A stretch of 64,000 bases of DNA from an uncultured Ectothiorhodospiraceae bacterium. GTDB taxonomy: Bacteria; Bacteroidota; Ignavibacteria; SZUA-365; GCA-2699105. Within the stretch, counting starts at the first letter, position 1, and the number at the start of each line of letters is the position of its first letter. The position numbers and the translations under genes were made by a program. The notes beneath the pieces are model-generated. The model was not told where the DNA came from, made no database searches, and worked only from the letters and a program-made list of their open reading frames with translations. Location: NCBI GenBank assembly GCA_964408855.1, contig CAYPBB010000012.1, forward strand, positions 19,321 through 83,320. Reading direction: 5' to 3'. Below are positions 1 through 10,451 of this stretch, piece after piece.

Positions 1-767
1 CCGATTCGCGACGGCCGTCGATGCGGCACGAGTAACGGAGGCGGAGAACGATTTTCCCGTCCTCGACGCTGACGCTTGTGGAGGGCTGCGACGTCGTGAA
101 AAGCGCTTCTTCGACAGAAACCATGATGCTTTCGTAATCGGCGTCGCTCAGTTGTACGCTGTACTTCCGCCCGATCTGGTCGAGGATGGAACGCGCCGTT
201 TTCCAGTCGCTGCCGATCTCGATCTCAACTCTGATCTCGCTCCAGATCACAGCCAGGCCCCGGGTGAAATTCGCGATCGGATTCGTCAGTACGAGACTGT
301 TGGGGAGCTTTATGATTCTGCCGGTTGGATCGCCGTCGTTCTCCTTCTGTCCGATCTCCGCGAGTGTGATATACATCGGACCGATCTGAACTACATCGCC
401 GATATAATCCTGTATTTGCACCCGGTCGCCTACGGAAAACAGCGCCCTCCAAACGATCACCGCATGCGCCAGAATATTGACCAGCATTTCGCGGGTCAGA
501 ATGACGATTGCGACGGCGATAACGGAGATGACTGCGAAAACGGATTGGAACCAATCTATCCAGAGCGGAATAATTACCGCAATACCGGCGAGAGTAACGA
601 TATAGTTTGAAATCTGACGATTGACGATTCGGCGGTAAATATCCTTAGTGCGCCGTGCGATTATTCCGTGGATCACCATACGCAATAAGATGAGCCCAAT
701 AATCAGGCTGACCGTCGCTATGATCCGCGCTTCAAAGGACAGGAGAAAGGAATACGATCGAAACATG
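1..767 (-). CDS. Mechanosensitive ion channel, MscS family; partial, with the C-terminus running off the window start
   Basis: A minus-strand ORF starts at the ATG at 767..765 and has no stop inside the window. Its translation has three or more TM helices followed by an MscS-like beta domain (...VGDRVQIQDYIGDVVQIGPMYITLAEI...GRIIKLPNSLVLTNPIANFTRG), including the characteristic LPNS motif. Confidence 0.65.
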
Positions 768-842
768 AGAGTTTCAGAGACCCGATTGTTCGTACACATG
801 CATCATAGGATACGGCAAGGATGCCGTCCTGAAAGGAAATAT

Positions 843-872
843 AAAAAAAGGGGCGCGAATGTTATCGCGCCC
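843..872 (-). terminator. Rho-independent terminator for the hybrid kinase gene
   Basis: A perfect 8-bp GC-rich hairpin (gggcgcga / tcgcgccc) is flanked by an A8 run on the plus strand, which is a T-run on the minus-strand transcript. It lies just downstream of the minus-strand stop at 968. Confidence 0.6.
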
Positions 873-967
873 GAAACCGGTTCATTAGCGAAAAGCGGCT
901 TGTATACCGGCACCGGTCCGGTACGGTACGGTGTACGCTTCTTCCATAAAATGTGCGGCAACCGCCG

Positions 968-3913
968 CTACGAACCCTTGATCAATTCGTCGATGGTCTT
1001 GATCAGGTCCGCGCGGTTGAACGGCTTCGAGAAGAATGCGTTACAGCCTGCGGCAAGAGCGTTTTCGCGGTCGCGTGCGAAGGCGTGTGCCGTAAGCGCA
1101 ATGATTGGAATCTCTTTCCATTTCGGGTGATTCCTGATCGCCTTTGTAAGAGTGATTCCATCCTCGTTGCCTTTGATCGACAAGTCCATCAGGATGATTT
1201 GGACCGGCTGTGAGTCCAGGATCACATTCGCCTCGGAAGCGCTGACGGCAAAATGCTTTGTATACTTTTTGCCGAGCAGGATCTTCATAAAATCCTGGGT
1301 CAATGGATCGTCTTCAACAACGAGAATGACCGGGAGGTTCGCGGGAGCTTGCTGCGGTGTTGGGTTCATTTGTTCTTGTGTCTCCTTCATGTTGAGTCCG
1401 CCGTCGGGATGGAGAGGGAAGCAGATGTAGAATGCGGTCCATTCTCCTTTCATACTATCGACGGTAATGGAACCTCCGCTGGCATCGACGAATTTCTTCG
1501 TTAGCGCCAATCCTAAGCCGGTTCCTTCAAAAGTACGATCGTATCCGCCTTCTTCCTGAGAGAACTCAACGAATATTTGAGGTAAAAACTCTTTTGATAT
1601 TCCGATTCCTGTGTCGATAACGCTTATTGTGAGTTCGTCGCAGCCGGTTTTCCTGACCGAGACGGAAACGCTACCTTGCTGAGTGTATTTGATGGCGTTG
1701 CCGATGACATTCGTCAACGATTCGGCAACAGCGTATTGATCGGCATAAATTAAGAATTCATCATTGTCCATGTCCAGCGTAAGGGCAAGATTTTTCTTCT
1801 GGGCCAGTACACGGAACCCGTTCACGCAGTCCTTCACCATATGGCAGACCGGAAGCTCCTGCGGAGTGAGCGGGAAATCCTCTATGTGGAAACGGGAAAT
1901 ATCGATGATTTTATCGATCGTTTGCGTGAGCTGCGAACTCGCATTGTGGATGTAATTGAAATACGTATCGCACTGATGATCGCTTTGCTTATGGAAAATG
2001 CTCTTCACGAGATCCGAGTACCCGAGAATAATGTTCAGAGGGGTACGGATTTCGTGGCTCATGTTCGCGAGAAACTCGGACTTCAGGCGGTTCGCCTTCT
2101 CCGCGAGTTGTTTTGCGTTCGCTAGATTTTGCTCGTACTCCATCCGCTCGGTAATGTCGTTTAAATAGACGCGGATAATCTCGGTGGCGGGCACGCGCGA
2201 AACCAACTCGGAGTAGATTCTATCTCCGATGGTTGTTTCCTGCGAATGAATATGGCTGCCCGTTTCGTTCAATGTTCTGATTCCATCGCGAATCGAGATT
2301 ACTAGGGGGTGTTCGCTCTCAAGGAGCGGCAGAGATGGGAAGGTTTCGAGCGCCGCCTGGTTGAGATATGATATCTCGCCTTCGAGCGTGACCTCGAGAA
2401 TCGGATTCGGGTTGAGATCGGGGATGCTTGCGAGCCGGGTAAGTTCCTGTTCAAGCTTCTGGTTCTGCGTCCGGTCGAGAATGGTGCCGATGACAAATTC
2501 CTGACCGAAAAACTCAACTTTGCTGATTTCCATTTCGACAACGGCGGGCGACCGGCTGACGAATGTGAATTCGCAGGTACGCTTGCCTCCATACTGGTTT
2601 TCTTCGTCGAACCACTTCTTCACCGTCGCTTTATCCCGTTCGGTGACGAGATTGAGGAAGGGAAGTCCCCGAAGCGCCTTCGCATCGTATTGTACCAATT
2701 CCGAAAACGCGGAATTCGCATAGCGGATGACGTCGCCCTTGAGAAACACCAACCCGGCGCCTACGCCGTTCGAAAGCAGTTCGAGCGCCATATCCACCGT
2801 GTTTTTCAAGGTCTCTTCGGTTTCATTCCTGCCGTTGAGATTGACGATAACCCCGTGATACGAACCGTTTCCATCGTCGGCAATGGGAACCGCTTCTTCG
2901 TGATACCACCGGACGTTGTTCTCCTTTGTCACGATACGGTAATCCATGATGAACGGCCGGCGCGTCTGAATCGCATCCTGATATTGCTGGAATACTTTTT
3001 GCCTGTCTTCCGGATGAATATGCTTTTCGAGCGTATCCCGGATCATGGTCTGTTGCACCGCGCTATTGTTACCGAAGAGCTCGGCGATATCCGGGCTCAT
3101 GAAGGTCGGTTTCAGGTCGTCTTTCGTCGATGCTATGTATGTCACCGCAGAGGCGTAATTGAATACAGAGAAGGGGACGAATGCCGAATGCTGGGAAGCC
3201 GGCGGATTTTCTTTTTGATTGCCGATGTCCCTGATATGGATAAAGAGACTACTTTCATCCGGCTCGATGAAGATGGAGAACGTCCTCGCCGGAAGCCCGT
3301 TGACGGACGGCAACATAATTGTCACGTTGGAATCTGAGAGCGATGCCTGCCGGAGAATATTCTCGGATACCATCGGCTCGACGCCGTAAAACATATCGGG
3401 AAGATAGGAGCCGATTGCTTTTGATGCAGGAACGCCGAGCAGCACTTCGCATGCCGCGTCCCATGTCTCGCAATACAGTTCGGCATCGGTGACGAGGATG
3501 CATTCGCGGATGCAGCCAGCGATGCGCCGGGGAAGCACAGGATCGGCAATTATATCGGGTGCTGAGCCACCACCGGGGTCGTGGGTCGTCTGTGATTCTG
3601 TCATTAAAGTACCACCCTTTTCAGTATGAAACACGCCTCTGGGAGAGAAACGGGGCTTGAGGCTGATTCCGAATAGACCGGCGAAGGCTCCGGCGAACTC
3701 CAGAGGGAATGGTTCGCCAGCGGAGAAGGGAAACAGGAATTCGGAACGAGCATCCATACCGAAGACGCAGGAGAGCACAAGCGTCAGTATGGAGCCGCCG
3801 CAAAACATACTCCATGCGGTACAGCAGGACATGCGGTCAACGGCGCCGGTACATCGGCGTAGTTCCGCGGCATACTTGCCCGCTGTAATTTGCATAAGAA
3901 ACGAATGAATCAT
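968..3913 (-). CDS. Hybrid sensor histidine kinase/response regulator with PAS repeats, HisKA, HATPase_c and a C-terminal receiver
   Basis: The ORF spans 968..4021. Motifs seen are an H-box (MSHEIRTPLNIILGYSDL), a G-box (GTGLGLALTKKFVDASGGSITVDS), and a C-terminal REC domain (VILVVEDD...ILMDLSIKGNEDG...KPF). There are several PAS-like blocks and N-terminal hydrophobic segments. The start is uncertain: in-frame Met codons at 4021, 3913 and 3895 are all possible. Confidence 0.8.
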   Translation of the reverse strand: MIHSFLMQITAGKYAAELRRCTGAVDRMSCCTAWSMFCGGSILTLVLSCVFGMDARSEFLFPFSAGEPFPLEFAGAFAGLFGISLKPRFSPRGVFHTEKGGTLMTESQTTHDPGGGSAPDIIADPVLPRRIAGCIRECILVTDAELYCETWDAACEVLLGVPASKAIGSYLPDMFYGVEPMVSENILRQASLSDSNVTIMLPSVNGLPARTFSIFIEPDESSLFIHIRDIGNQKENPPASQHSAFVPFSVFNYASAVTYIASTKDDLKPTFMSPDIAELFGNNSAVQQTMIRDTLEKHIHPEDRQKVFQQYQDAIQTRRPFIMDYRIVTKENNVRWYHEEAVPIADDGNGSYHGVIVNLNGRNETEETLKNTVDMALELLSNGVGAGLVFLKGDVIRYANSAFSELVQYDAKALRGLPFLNLVTERDKATVKKWFDEENQYGGKRTCEFTFVSRSPAVVEMEISKVEFFGQEFVIGTILDRTQNQKLEQELTRLASIPDLNPNPILEVTLEGEISYLNQAALETFPSLPLLESEHPLVISIRDGIRTLNETGSHIHSQETTIGDRIYSELVSRVPATEIIRVYLNDITERMEYEQNLANAKQLAEKANRLKSEFLANMSHEIRTPLNIILGYSDLVKSIFHKQSDHQCDTYFNYIHNASSQLTQTIDKIIDISRFHIEDFPLTPQELPVCHMVKDCVNGFRVLAQKKNLALTLDMDNDEFLIYADQYAVAESLTNVIGNAIKYTQQGSVSVSVRKTGCDELTISVIDTGIGISKEFLPQIFVEFSQEEGGYDRTFEGTGLGLALTKKFVDASGGSITVDSMKGEWTAFYICFPLHPDGGLNMKETQEQMNPTPQQAPANLPVILVVEDDPLTQDFMKILLGKKYTKHFAVSASEANVILDSQPVQIILMDLSIKGNEDGITLTKAIRNHPKWKEIPIIALTAHAFARDRENALAAGCNAFFSKPFNRADLIKTIDELIKGS

Positions 3914-4124
3914 AGACACGATCTGGTAGTATGTCTCTCTCGGGCAATACAACACGAATAGGCAATGAAAAATACGATCAGGCGCTGTATGATATGAGCG
4001 AAAAAACGCTTTCACATGCAATTATTGCACTGCAACAGGGGTTGGCGGTTCCTAAACGATGCCTTGTCTGATAACGGATTTCTACACATTTTGAACTTTT
4101 CATCTCTTAATCCGTCATCTTTGA

Positions 4125-6365
4125 ATGAATTTTTATAGCCTCATCGCCCTCCTTTCTTTCATCTGCTTTCTGATCGCCGGCGCCGGCGTGCTTGTCGCGC
4201 AGGGGCAGAGGTTCAGAGTCGTCAACGATGAAAGCGGGGAACCACTGACAGGGGCAACCGTCTTTTCGAAAAAACTCTCAAAAGGATGTATGACAGACGA
4301 CGTTGGACAGTGTCGTATCGCTATGGCAGAGGAAGGAACGGATACATTGACCGTCTCCGCGCCGGGATACCTTTCACTTTCAATCCCTGTACGCTATTCC
4401 CGGAAGGATATCCTCATTGCTCTTCGTCAAAAAGTCTACGAAATGGAAGCTGTGCCTGTGACAACAGACCGGGATGATCTATCGCCGGAGATATTCGGGG
4501 CGGTCAGGTATGACCGGGCGATGCTTGCAGGGTCTTCGTTGGCTGGAGGCGAAAGCGATCCCTTCGCATCCGTTGCGTCGGAACCAGGACTGACTCCCAT
4601 GTCGGATTTTTCCGCCGGTCTTCGGGTGCGGGGACTTGGATTCATGCATAACCAGATTCTGTTCGACGGGGTTGAACTCTATCACCCATATCATCTTGTC
4701 GGATTCATCAGTACGTTCCCCGGTCCCATTATCGATGAGCTGGTGTTGTACCGCGACGGCACACCGCCTTCATACGGCGGCAAGCTGTCCTCCGTCATCG
4801 ATATCCGCTCTGTTACGCCTGACACTACAGCCATTCATGGCACATTCAATCTGAGTCTCATCAATGCGTCGGCGTCCGTCAACATCCCTCTGGGCAAATC
4901 CGTCGCTTCCTTGATTTCGATCCGTTCGCTCTATCTCGATCCGGTTGTACGGTCGATTACCGACGACGCAATACAGTATTCGTTTCAGGATGGATTCATG
5001 AAGACAATGTGGAAGCCCGGGAAAAACGGGACTCTTTCCGTGTCGGCGTTGTATTCGAGAGATAATTCCAGAATCGACGAGGGTTTTTGGCGCGGTACAA
5101 TCTGGCGTGCTGCGTGGTCGTCTTGGATGAGCGGGGTCGAATACGATCACTCCTTCTCGGACGGCGCCACGCTTCGATTGTCGGCGGGTCTATCCGAATT
5201 TGCCGTCTATCAGTTTAAGGATATGGAAGGATGGGAGAGCTGGGATAGCTGGTTGCGCGATTACAGCGCACGGTTCCTGTTTTCGAGGCCATTTCAACAC
5301 CATAGGCTGAATTGCGGGTTTGACATCGTACTGCATGCAACTAAATATAGCCGGGCGGATGCAATCATCATTTACGATATCGAACCCCTCCGCCCGGATA
5401 TTCCACATTATGCATCCGAATCGGCGGCATACGTCGAAGATATTCTGGATATCGCTGGTTGCGCGACACTCACCGGCGGTATGCGATTCGTACACTACAA
5501 CCGGGGCGACTTTGTTTTTGCCGAGCCTCGGGTTGCCATTCACTCGTCCGTCTCAGACCGGATTCAACTTCGGTTGGGATATCAGCAAATCCACCAATTC
5601 ACGCATGCAATTCCGGAAACGGGCTTGCCGTTTCCCATGGTTGAACGGTTTCATTGTTCGAAGGATATCACACCGGCGAGTATCAACAGCATCGCCGCAG
5701 GAGTAAGTATACAAGGCATCTTCGGCGTCTCCCTAAACGCAGAGATCAATTCATACTACCGGACATATTCGAACCTGTACGAAATGAACGGCTATTACAA
5801 CTATGACGGCTATTACAGAATACATATTTCGAAATCGACCGGTGAGGCGTATGGACTTGAAGCCTCTCTCAGAGGAATATGGAGCCGTGTTATCGGGTCC
5901 CTTAACCTGAGCATCGGCAGATCGCTCATGCAATCGCCTGAAATCGATGAAGGGAATATTTATCCTTCCCGTTATGAAATTCGCGCTGAGACAGGGGCCG
6001 CCATCTCATACAAGCCTTGGAACCAATGGCAATTCGATCTTTCATGGGCATATATGACGGGTGCTCCAATGACTGTACCTATTGGGAAAACAACGACCGG
6101 ATATATCTACTCTCACAGGAATGCATACTATCTGCCTTCTCAGCATTGGCTCGACATCAAAGCGACATACTACACCACCATGTTCGGTCTGCAATCCACA
6201 TTGTATCTGCATATCCATAATGTTTACAACAAAAACAACGCCTTTTATAGTTATGTTTTCGAGAAGGACGATCCGTTCATCCCTGAGAGTACGAATTTCT
6301 ATGAATTCACAAGAACATCGGTATTGCCCATTGTGCCGAGTATCGGTTTTTCGATGGCTTTTTAG
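4125..6365 (+). CDS. TonB-dependent outer-membrane receptor with an N-terminal carboxypeptidase-regulatory-like domain
   Basis: It has a signal peptide. A CarbopepD_reg-like block (RVVNDESGEPLTGATVFS) is followed by a plug-like region (GLRVRGLG...ILFDGVELYHPYHLVGF...GGKLSSVIDI). The C-terminal region is long and beta-rich and ends in ...SIGFSMAF, a terminal aromatic residue. Confidence 0.75.
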   Translation: MNFYSLIALLSFICFLIAGAGVLVAQGQRFRVVNDESGEPLTGATVFSKKLSKGCMTDDVGQCRIAMAEEGTDTLTVSAPGYLSLSIPVRYSRKDILIALRQKVYEMEAVPVTTDRDDLSPEIFGAVRYDRAMLAGSSLAGGESDPFASVASEPGLTPMSDFSAGLRVRGLGFMHNQILFDGVELYHPYHLVGFISTFPGPIIDELVLYRDGTPPSYGGKLSSVIDIRSVTPDTTAIHGTFNLSLINASASVNIPLGKSVASLISIRSLYLDPVVRSITDDAIQYSFQDGFMKTMWKPGKNGTLSVSALYSRDNSRIDEGFWRGTIWRAAWSSWMSGVEYDHSFSDGATLRLSAGLSEFAVYQFKDMEGWESWDSWLRDYSARFLFSRPFQHHRLNCGFDIVLHATKYSRADAIIIYDIEPLRPDIPHYASESAAYVEDILDIAGCATLTGGMRFVHYNRGDFVFAEPRVAIHSSVSDRIQLRLGYQQIHQFTHAIPETGLPFPMVERFHCSKDITPASINSIAAGVSIQGIFGVSLNAEINSYYRTYSNLYEMNGYYNYDGYYRIHISKSTGEAYGLEASLRGIWSRVIGSLNLSIGRSLMQSPEIDEGNIYPSRYEIRAETGAAISYKPWNQWQFDLSWAYMTGAPMTVPIGKTTTGYIYSHRNAYYLPSQHWLDIKATYYTTMFGLQSTLYLHIHNVYNKNNAFYSYVFEKDDPFIPESTNFYEFTRTSVLPIVPSIGFSMAF

Positions 6366-7209
6366 CTCGCTCGTGTTTTCCATTCTTATGCTGCCCGCAT
6401 GCGATATGCCCGTGACCGGCGACGACGGGACCATTGACGCAGAATGCCTTATTGCAGGCGTTTCGATAGTGCAATCCGATGACAGCGCTAACGTTGATTG
6501 TTATGTCTGGAAGTCCGCAGGACCGCGAAGCGCAGATATCAATCAAGCGGAATTAACAAATGCTTCCGTATCTATTACATTAGGCGGGAACACATTTCCG
6601 CTGGAATGGACGCCGGACACTATATATCCTCACCATGAACAGAACCTGTATCAAACGAAAGTTCCATTACAGGAAACGCAGCGCGCGACCATTACCGTCT
6701 CCTGGAACGGCAGGATGCTGAATGGCTCAATCGATTGCATTTCTATGTCCGAAACATCGCTGTTTGTCCGTAAAATCGAAAGTTCATTATACACCGGCAA
6801 GGACTCCGTTTATGAACTTAGCTTCAATCTAAAAACCATAAACGATGATGAACGATATTATTTTCTTGTCACTGAATACTCAAACGGTCATGAATTGCCT
6901 TGGAGCGGTGCTGAGTTCAGAATTCCAGATTGCAGATACTTCACAAAAGTTGAAAATAACGGGAAAACGATTGTATCGCTGCCTGTTTATGGTCTATACG
7001 CAGATTCGTTGCTAGTACATATGTCCTACATAAACGGCTCATCAGCGGTCTACAGGGCTCCGTACTTCACCGATCCAAATATGTGCCCAATCGGGAACTT
7101 ATTCGGTCTCGAACCGGTATTCTCTTATCACCTGTTCAACATGCGTGGCGATGGGTATGGTGTAACACAATACCGATCGGACTTGGTGTCTCTAATAAAA
7201 ATACATTAA
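6295..7209 (+). CDS. Lipoprotein that partners the upstream TonB receptor; DUF4249-like by position
   Basis: The ATG at 6295 lies in the frame of ORF 6082..7209 and gives a basic N-region followed by WLFSSLVFSILMLPAC, which is a lipobox. The earlier part of the ORF overlaps the receptor gene in another frame. A receptor gene followed directly by a lipoprotein gene is the arrangement known for the Bacteroidota TonB/DUF4249 pairing. Confidence 0.5.
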   Translation: MSMNSQEHRYCPLCRVSVFRWLFSSLVFSILMLPACDMPVTGDDGTIDAECLIAGVSIVQSDDSANVDCYVWKSAGPRSADINQAELTNASVSITLGGNTFPLEWTPDTIYPHHEQNLYQTKVPLQETQRATITVSWNGRMLNGSIDCISMSETSLFVRKIESSLYTGKDSVYELSFNLKTINDDERYYFLVTEYSNGHELPWSGAEFRIPDCRYFTKVENNGKTIVSLPVYGLYADSLLVHMSYINGSSAVYRAPYFTDPNMCPIGNLFGLEPVFSYHLFNMRGDGYGVTQYRSDLVSLIKIH

Positions 7210-7236
7210 CGGCAGCAACACGATTTTCGAGCGATT

Positions 7237-9531
7237 ATGAAAACGAATGCTTTCTTCCTTGCTGTAGGGTTTTTGCTTGCCATCTCCTCCGTCTCTCTTC
7301 GCGCCCAGTCGATTTCCGGTACGGTCGTTGAAGAGGGGACGGGCGAAGCGGTGGTTGGTGCAAACATCATTATTACCGGCTCCACGCGGGGTGCGGCAAC
7401 TAACCAATACGGTTTTTTCTCAATTCCCGATCTCAAACCCGGCGCGTACCTTATACGGATCAGCGCTCTGGGGTTCAAAACCGATTCAGTACGCGTCGAT
7501 CTCGTCAAACAGAGCAACACACGTCTCACAATAGAACTCAAGTCCGTCACCATCGAGATGGGCGAGGTGCTGGTGCAGGCTTCGCGCGGACCGCTGGAAT
7601 CGCGCACCGTCAGCCAGGTGGAAATGCCGATGGAACAAATTCAGCGCATTCCATCGCTCGGCGGAGAACCGGATATCTTCAAGGCGCTCCTGCTGCTTCC
7701 GGGTGTGAAATCGTCCTCCGAGATATCGAGCGGGTTGAATATCCGCGGCGGCAGCCCCGACCAGAACCTGGTGTTGCTCGACGAGATGATCATGTACAAC
7801 CCGTACCATCTGGGCGGATTTCTCAGCACGTTTAACTCCGACGCCATCAATCACGTCAAGCTCATCAAGGGAGCGATGCCTGCGGAATACGGCGGACGGC
7901 TTTCCTCGGTGATCGATGTGACGATGAAAGAGGGAAGCAAGGACAAACTGCACGGCGCCGGGGGCATCAGCATGATCGACTCCCGCCTGACGCTCGACGG
8001 GCCGATTACCGAGGACATGACCTTTATGGTGTCCGGCAGAAGGGTATACCTCGATGTGATGACGAAATTATTCTCGGAGGAGGCGCTGCCGTATTATTTC
8101 TACGACTTTCTCGCGAAAACGAATTACCGGCTCGACGATAATAATCGTTTCTTCCTATCAGGCTTTTTCGGACGCGACGTCATTGAAAACGAAGACGACG
8201 ACGGACAGGTAGACTGGGGCAGCACTGCGGTGAATCTTCGCTGGACGCATGTTTACTCGGACAACCTCTTCAGCAAGCTCTCGCTGGTTTATTCCGACTA
8301 TATGTTCGAGATGGAAGAACAGGAAAACGAGTGGGATTCTCAAAGCGGAACTTCAAGACCTACGGAAATTTTTAAATCGGTTTCCGGCATCGAGGATATT
8401 TCGCTCCGAGGCGAACTGGAGTATTTCCACAACGCCGAACATTCTATTAAAACCGGCGTTGAACTCTTCAGTCACGGGTTCCGTTCCGACGCGACCGATC
8501 AGCTCGAAGAGTTTGTGGAACTCGTTTCGGACCTCCCGAAACAGCGCAGTACACAAATCAGTTTTTTTGCGCAGGACGAATGGCAGATTAACGACCGGCT
8601 GAAGGCGAATATCGGCGGCAGGCTTTTCTACTTCGATAGAGGTAATTATTTGAAAGCCGAACCACGGTTGAACGTGCTGTACACGTTCGAAGACCGCACC
8701 GTCGTAAAGGCGGCCATCACCGGCGCAAACCAGTTCCTGCATCTGGTAAACCGCACCGACCTCGCATTGCCTATCGATATGTGGTTCCCGTCGACATCCA
8801 GGCTACAGCCGTCGTACTCGATGCAATACACCGTCGGCGCATCGCGTCCCGTGCTGGACGATTATCTCTTCACTGTTGAAGCGTATTACAAAACGATGGA
8901 CCATATTCTTGAGTTCAAGGATAACGCCGTCTTTTCATTCCTGATGCCGCTCGAGAACGAGTTAACCTCCGGGAAAGGCACTGCTTACGGTGCTGAATTC
9001 ATGTTTCAACGCAGCGCAGGAGCATTGACAGGGTGGATCAGCTATACGCTTTCCTGGGCCGACCGGCAGTTTCCGGCGCTTAATAACGGGAAGCCGTTTC
9101 CGCCCCGGTACGACCGCCGACACGACATTGCCTGCGTATTGAATTACCGGATCGGAGAAAGCTGGGAATTCACAGCAGTCTGGGTATATTCAACCGGTCA
9201 GGCGATGACATTCCCGGTCGCAAAATACGGATTGGAAGATCCAGACGGATATTCGGGATGGAATAACTCCAATTACCTATATACGGAGAAAAACGGGTAC
9301 AGACTTCCCGCATATCACCGGCTCGACCTCAATTTCTCGCATTCGTATTCATGGTTCGGCTGGGACTGGAAGGTTCATCTGAACGTCTACAACGCATACA
9401 ACCGCATGAATCCATTCACACGGTACATCGAAGATGTCTACGATCCATCCACCGGGAAAACGAAAATCGAGATGAAACAGGGCACCATTTTACCGTTCGT
9501 ACCTACGGTCGGACTCAGCTTCAGGTTCTGA
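7237..9531 (+). CDS. TonB-dependent outer-membrane receptor, paralogue of 4125..6365
   Basis: It has a signal peptide (AISSVSLRAQS). A CarbopepD_reg-like block (ISGTVVEEGTGEAVVGANIII) and a plug (GLNIRGGSPDQNLVLLDEMIMYNPYHLGGFLS...GGRLSSVIDV) follow. It ends in ...VGLSFRF. Confidence 0.8.
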   Translation: MKTNAFFLAVGFLLAISSVSLRAQSISGTVVEEGTGEAVVGANIIITGSTRGAATNQYGFFSIPDLKPGAYLIRISALGFKTDSVRVDLVKQSNTRLTIELKSVTIEMGEVLVQASRGPLESRTVSQVEMPMEQIQRIPSLGGEPDIFKALLLLPGVKSSSEISSGLNIRGGSPDQNLVLLDEMIMYNPYHLGGFLSTFNSDAINHVKLIKGAMPAEYGGRLSSVIDVTMKEGSKDKLHGAGGISMIDSRLTLDGPITEDMTFMVSGRRVYLDVMTKLFSEEALPYYFYDFLAKTNYRLDDNNRFFLSGFFGRDVIENEDDDGQVDWGSTAVNLRWTHVYSDNLFSKLSLVYSDYMFEMEEQENEWDSQSGTSRPTEIFKSVSGIEDISLRGELEYFHNAEHSIKTGVELFSHGFRSDATDQLEEFVELVSDLPKQRSTQISFFAQDEWQINDRLKANIGGRLFYFDRGNYLKAEPRLNVLYTFEDRTVVKAAITGANQFLHLVNRTDLALPIDMWFPSTSRLQPSYSMQYTVGASRPVLDDYLFTVEAYYKTMDHILEFKDNAVFSFLMPLENELTSGKGTAYGAEFMFQRSAGALTGWISYTLSWADRQFPALNNGKPFPPRYDRRHDIACVLNYRIGESWEFTAVWVYSTGQAMTFPVAKYGLEDPDGYSGWNNSNYLYTEKNGYRLPAYHRLDLNFSHSYSWFGWDWKVHLNVYNAYNRMNPFTRYIEDVYDPSTGKTKIEMKQGTILPFVPTVGLSFRF

Positions 9532-9532
9532 T

Positions 9533-10375
9533 ATGAAAACAACGTACATACTACTCCCTCTCGTTGTTCTTGCATTTGCCGGGTGCGAAAACACCGTCGA
9601 TAATCCCGAATGGCCCGAATACAAAGAACAGCTCGTCGTCACGGCGTTTGTTCGCCACAACACTGATGATTCAGTCTTTGTCCATACGAACGTACGGAAG
9701 ACGCTTCCGGTATGGGAAAAATACGAAGTGACAAAATGCCTCGTTCCGGACGCGCAGGTCGTATTAACCGGAGGGAACGGATCGCACACGATTGCATTGA
9801 CCTCGCAGCAGTCCTCCTCGTACGATAAAACGGTTATACTTTCGCCCGACAATAACAAGTACACGCTCAGAACCGACTGGCACGGTCTTTCGGCATACTC
9901 CACTGTAGAATTGCCCGTCGAAAAGACAGCCGCGCTGGAGGCGGCGTTCATTACCCAGCAGTACTCGGATTATCCCTACATCGGTATCCGTTTCCCGCGA
10001 GCAACCGATCCCGGATTATCGTACCGAATCGAGGTGGAATACAAAAATGACGCCGCGCAGGAATGGACATTCTACCGTTCGCAGAGGTATGTACCCGACG
10101 ATTATAATTGGGGTTTTGAGAATAACGCGGACGGAACCATCATGTTCCGCTTCGCTGTGGGTATCGGAACGGTGAAATTCCATATACGGGTCCGAATCAA
10201 CGTCATCAGCAAGCAGTATAAAGAGTACGTCAATTCGGTCTGGTCCTATTACAGCGGAGATGATTTCTTCGACGCGCCGAACAAGAACCCAGATTTCAAC
10301 GTACATGGCGACGGTATTGGATTCTTCTATGCCGAAGTTGAAGGAGAGTGGAAAGAGTTTACCGTGTCGAAGTAG
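9533..10375 (+). CDS. Lipoprotein downstream of the TonB receptor; DUF4249-like
   Basis: It begins MKTTYILLPLVVLAFAGCENT, which is a lipobox. Its start lies 2 nt after the receptor stop. At about 280 aa it is the size typical of DUF4249 partners. Confidence 0.55.
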   Translation: MKTTYILLPLVVLAFAGCENTVDNPEWPEYKEQLVVTAFVRHNTDDSVFVHTNVRKTLPVWEKYEVTKCLVPDAQVVLTGGNGSHTIALTSQQSSSYDKTVILSPDNNKYTLRTDWHGLSAYSTVELPVEKTAALEAAFITQQYSDYPYIGIRFPRATDPGLSYRIEVEYKNDAAQEWTFYRSQRYVPDDYNWGFENNADGTIMFRFAVGIGTVKFHIRVRINVISKQYKEYVNSVWSYYSGDDFFDAPNKNPDFNVHGDGIGFFYAEVEGEWKEFTVSK

Positions 10376-10388
10376 CAACCTGCAAAAC

Positions 10389-10424
10389 ACAAGAAAAGTC
10401 CGGCAACCGCCGGACTTTTCTTGT
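10389..10424. terminator. Bidirectional intrinsic terminator between convergent genes
   Basis: A perfect 16-bp stem (acaagaaaagtccggc / gccggacttttcttgt) with a 4-nt loop lies between the + gene ending at 10375 and the - gene ending at 10452. Confidence 0.65.
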
Positions 10425-10451
10425 TGAATTCATTCGAAGCGTGATACTGTA

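Noticed and set aside
6082-6294. N-terminal extension of ORF 6082..7209
   Set aside because: It overlaps the TonB receptor CDS in a different frame. A downstream in-frame ATG (6295) gives a proper lipoprotein signal. Similar upstream extensions were rejected for ORFs 12904 (SppA), 16729..17481 (sigma), 29451..30221 (pspA), 40687..41850 (Ldt), 52238 (flippase), 54030 (FemAB-like) and 62567.
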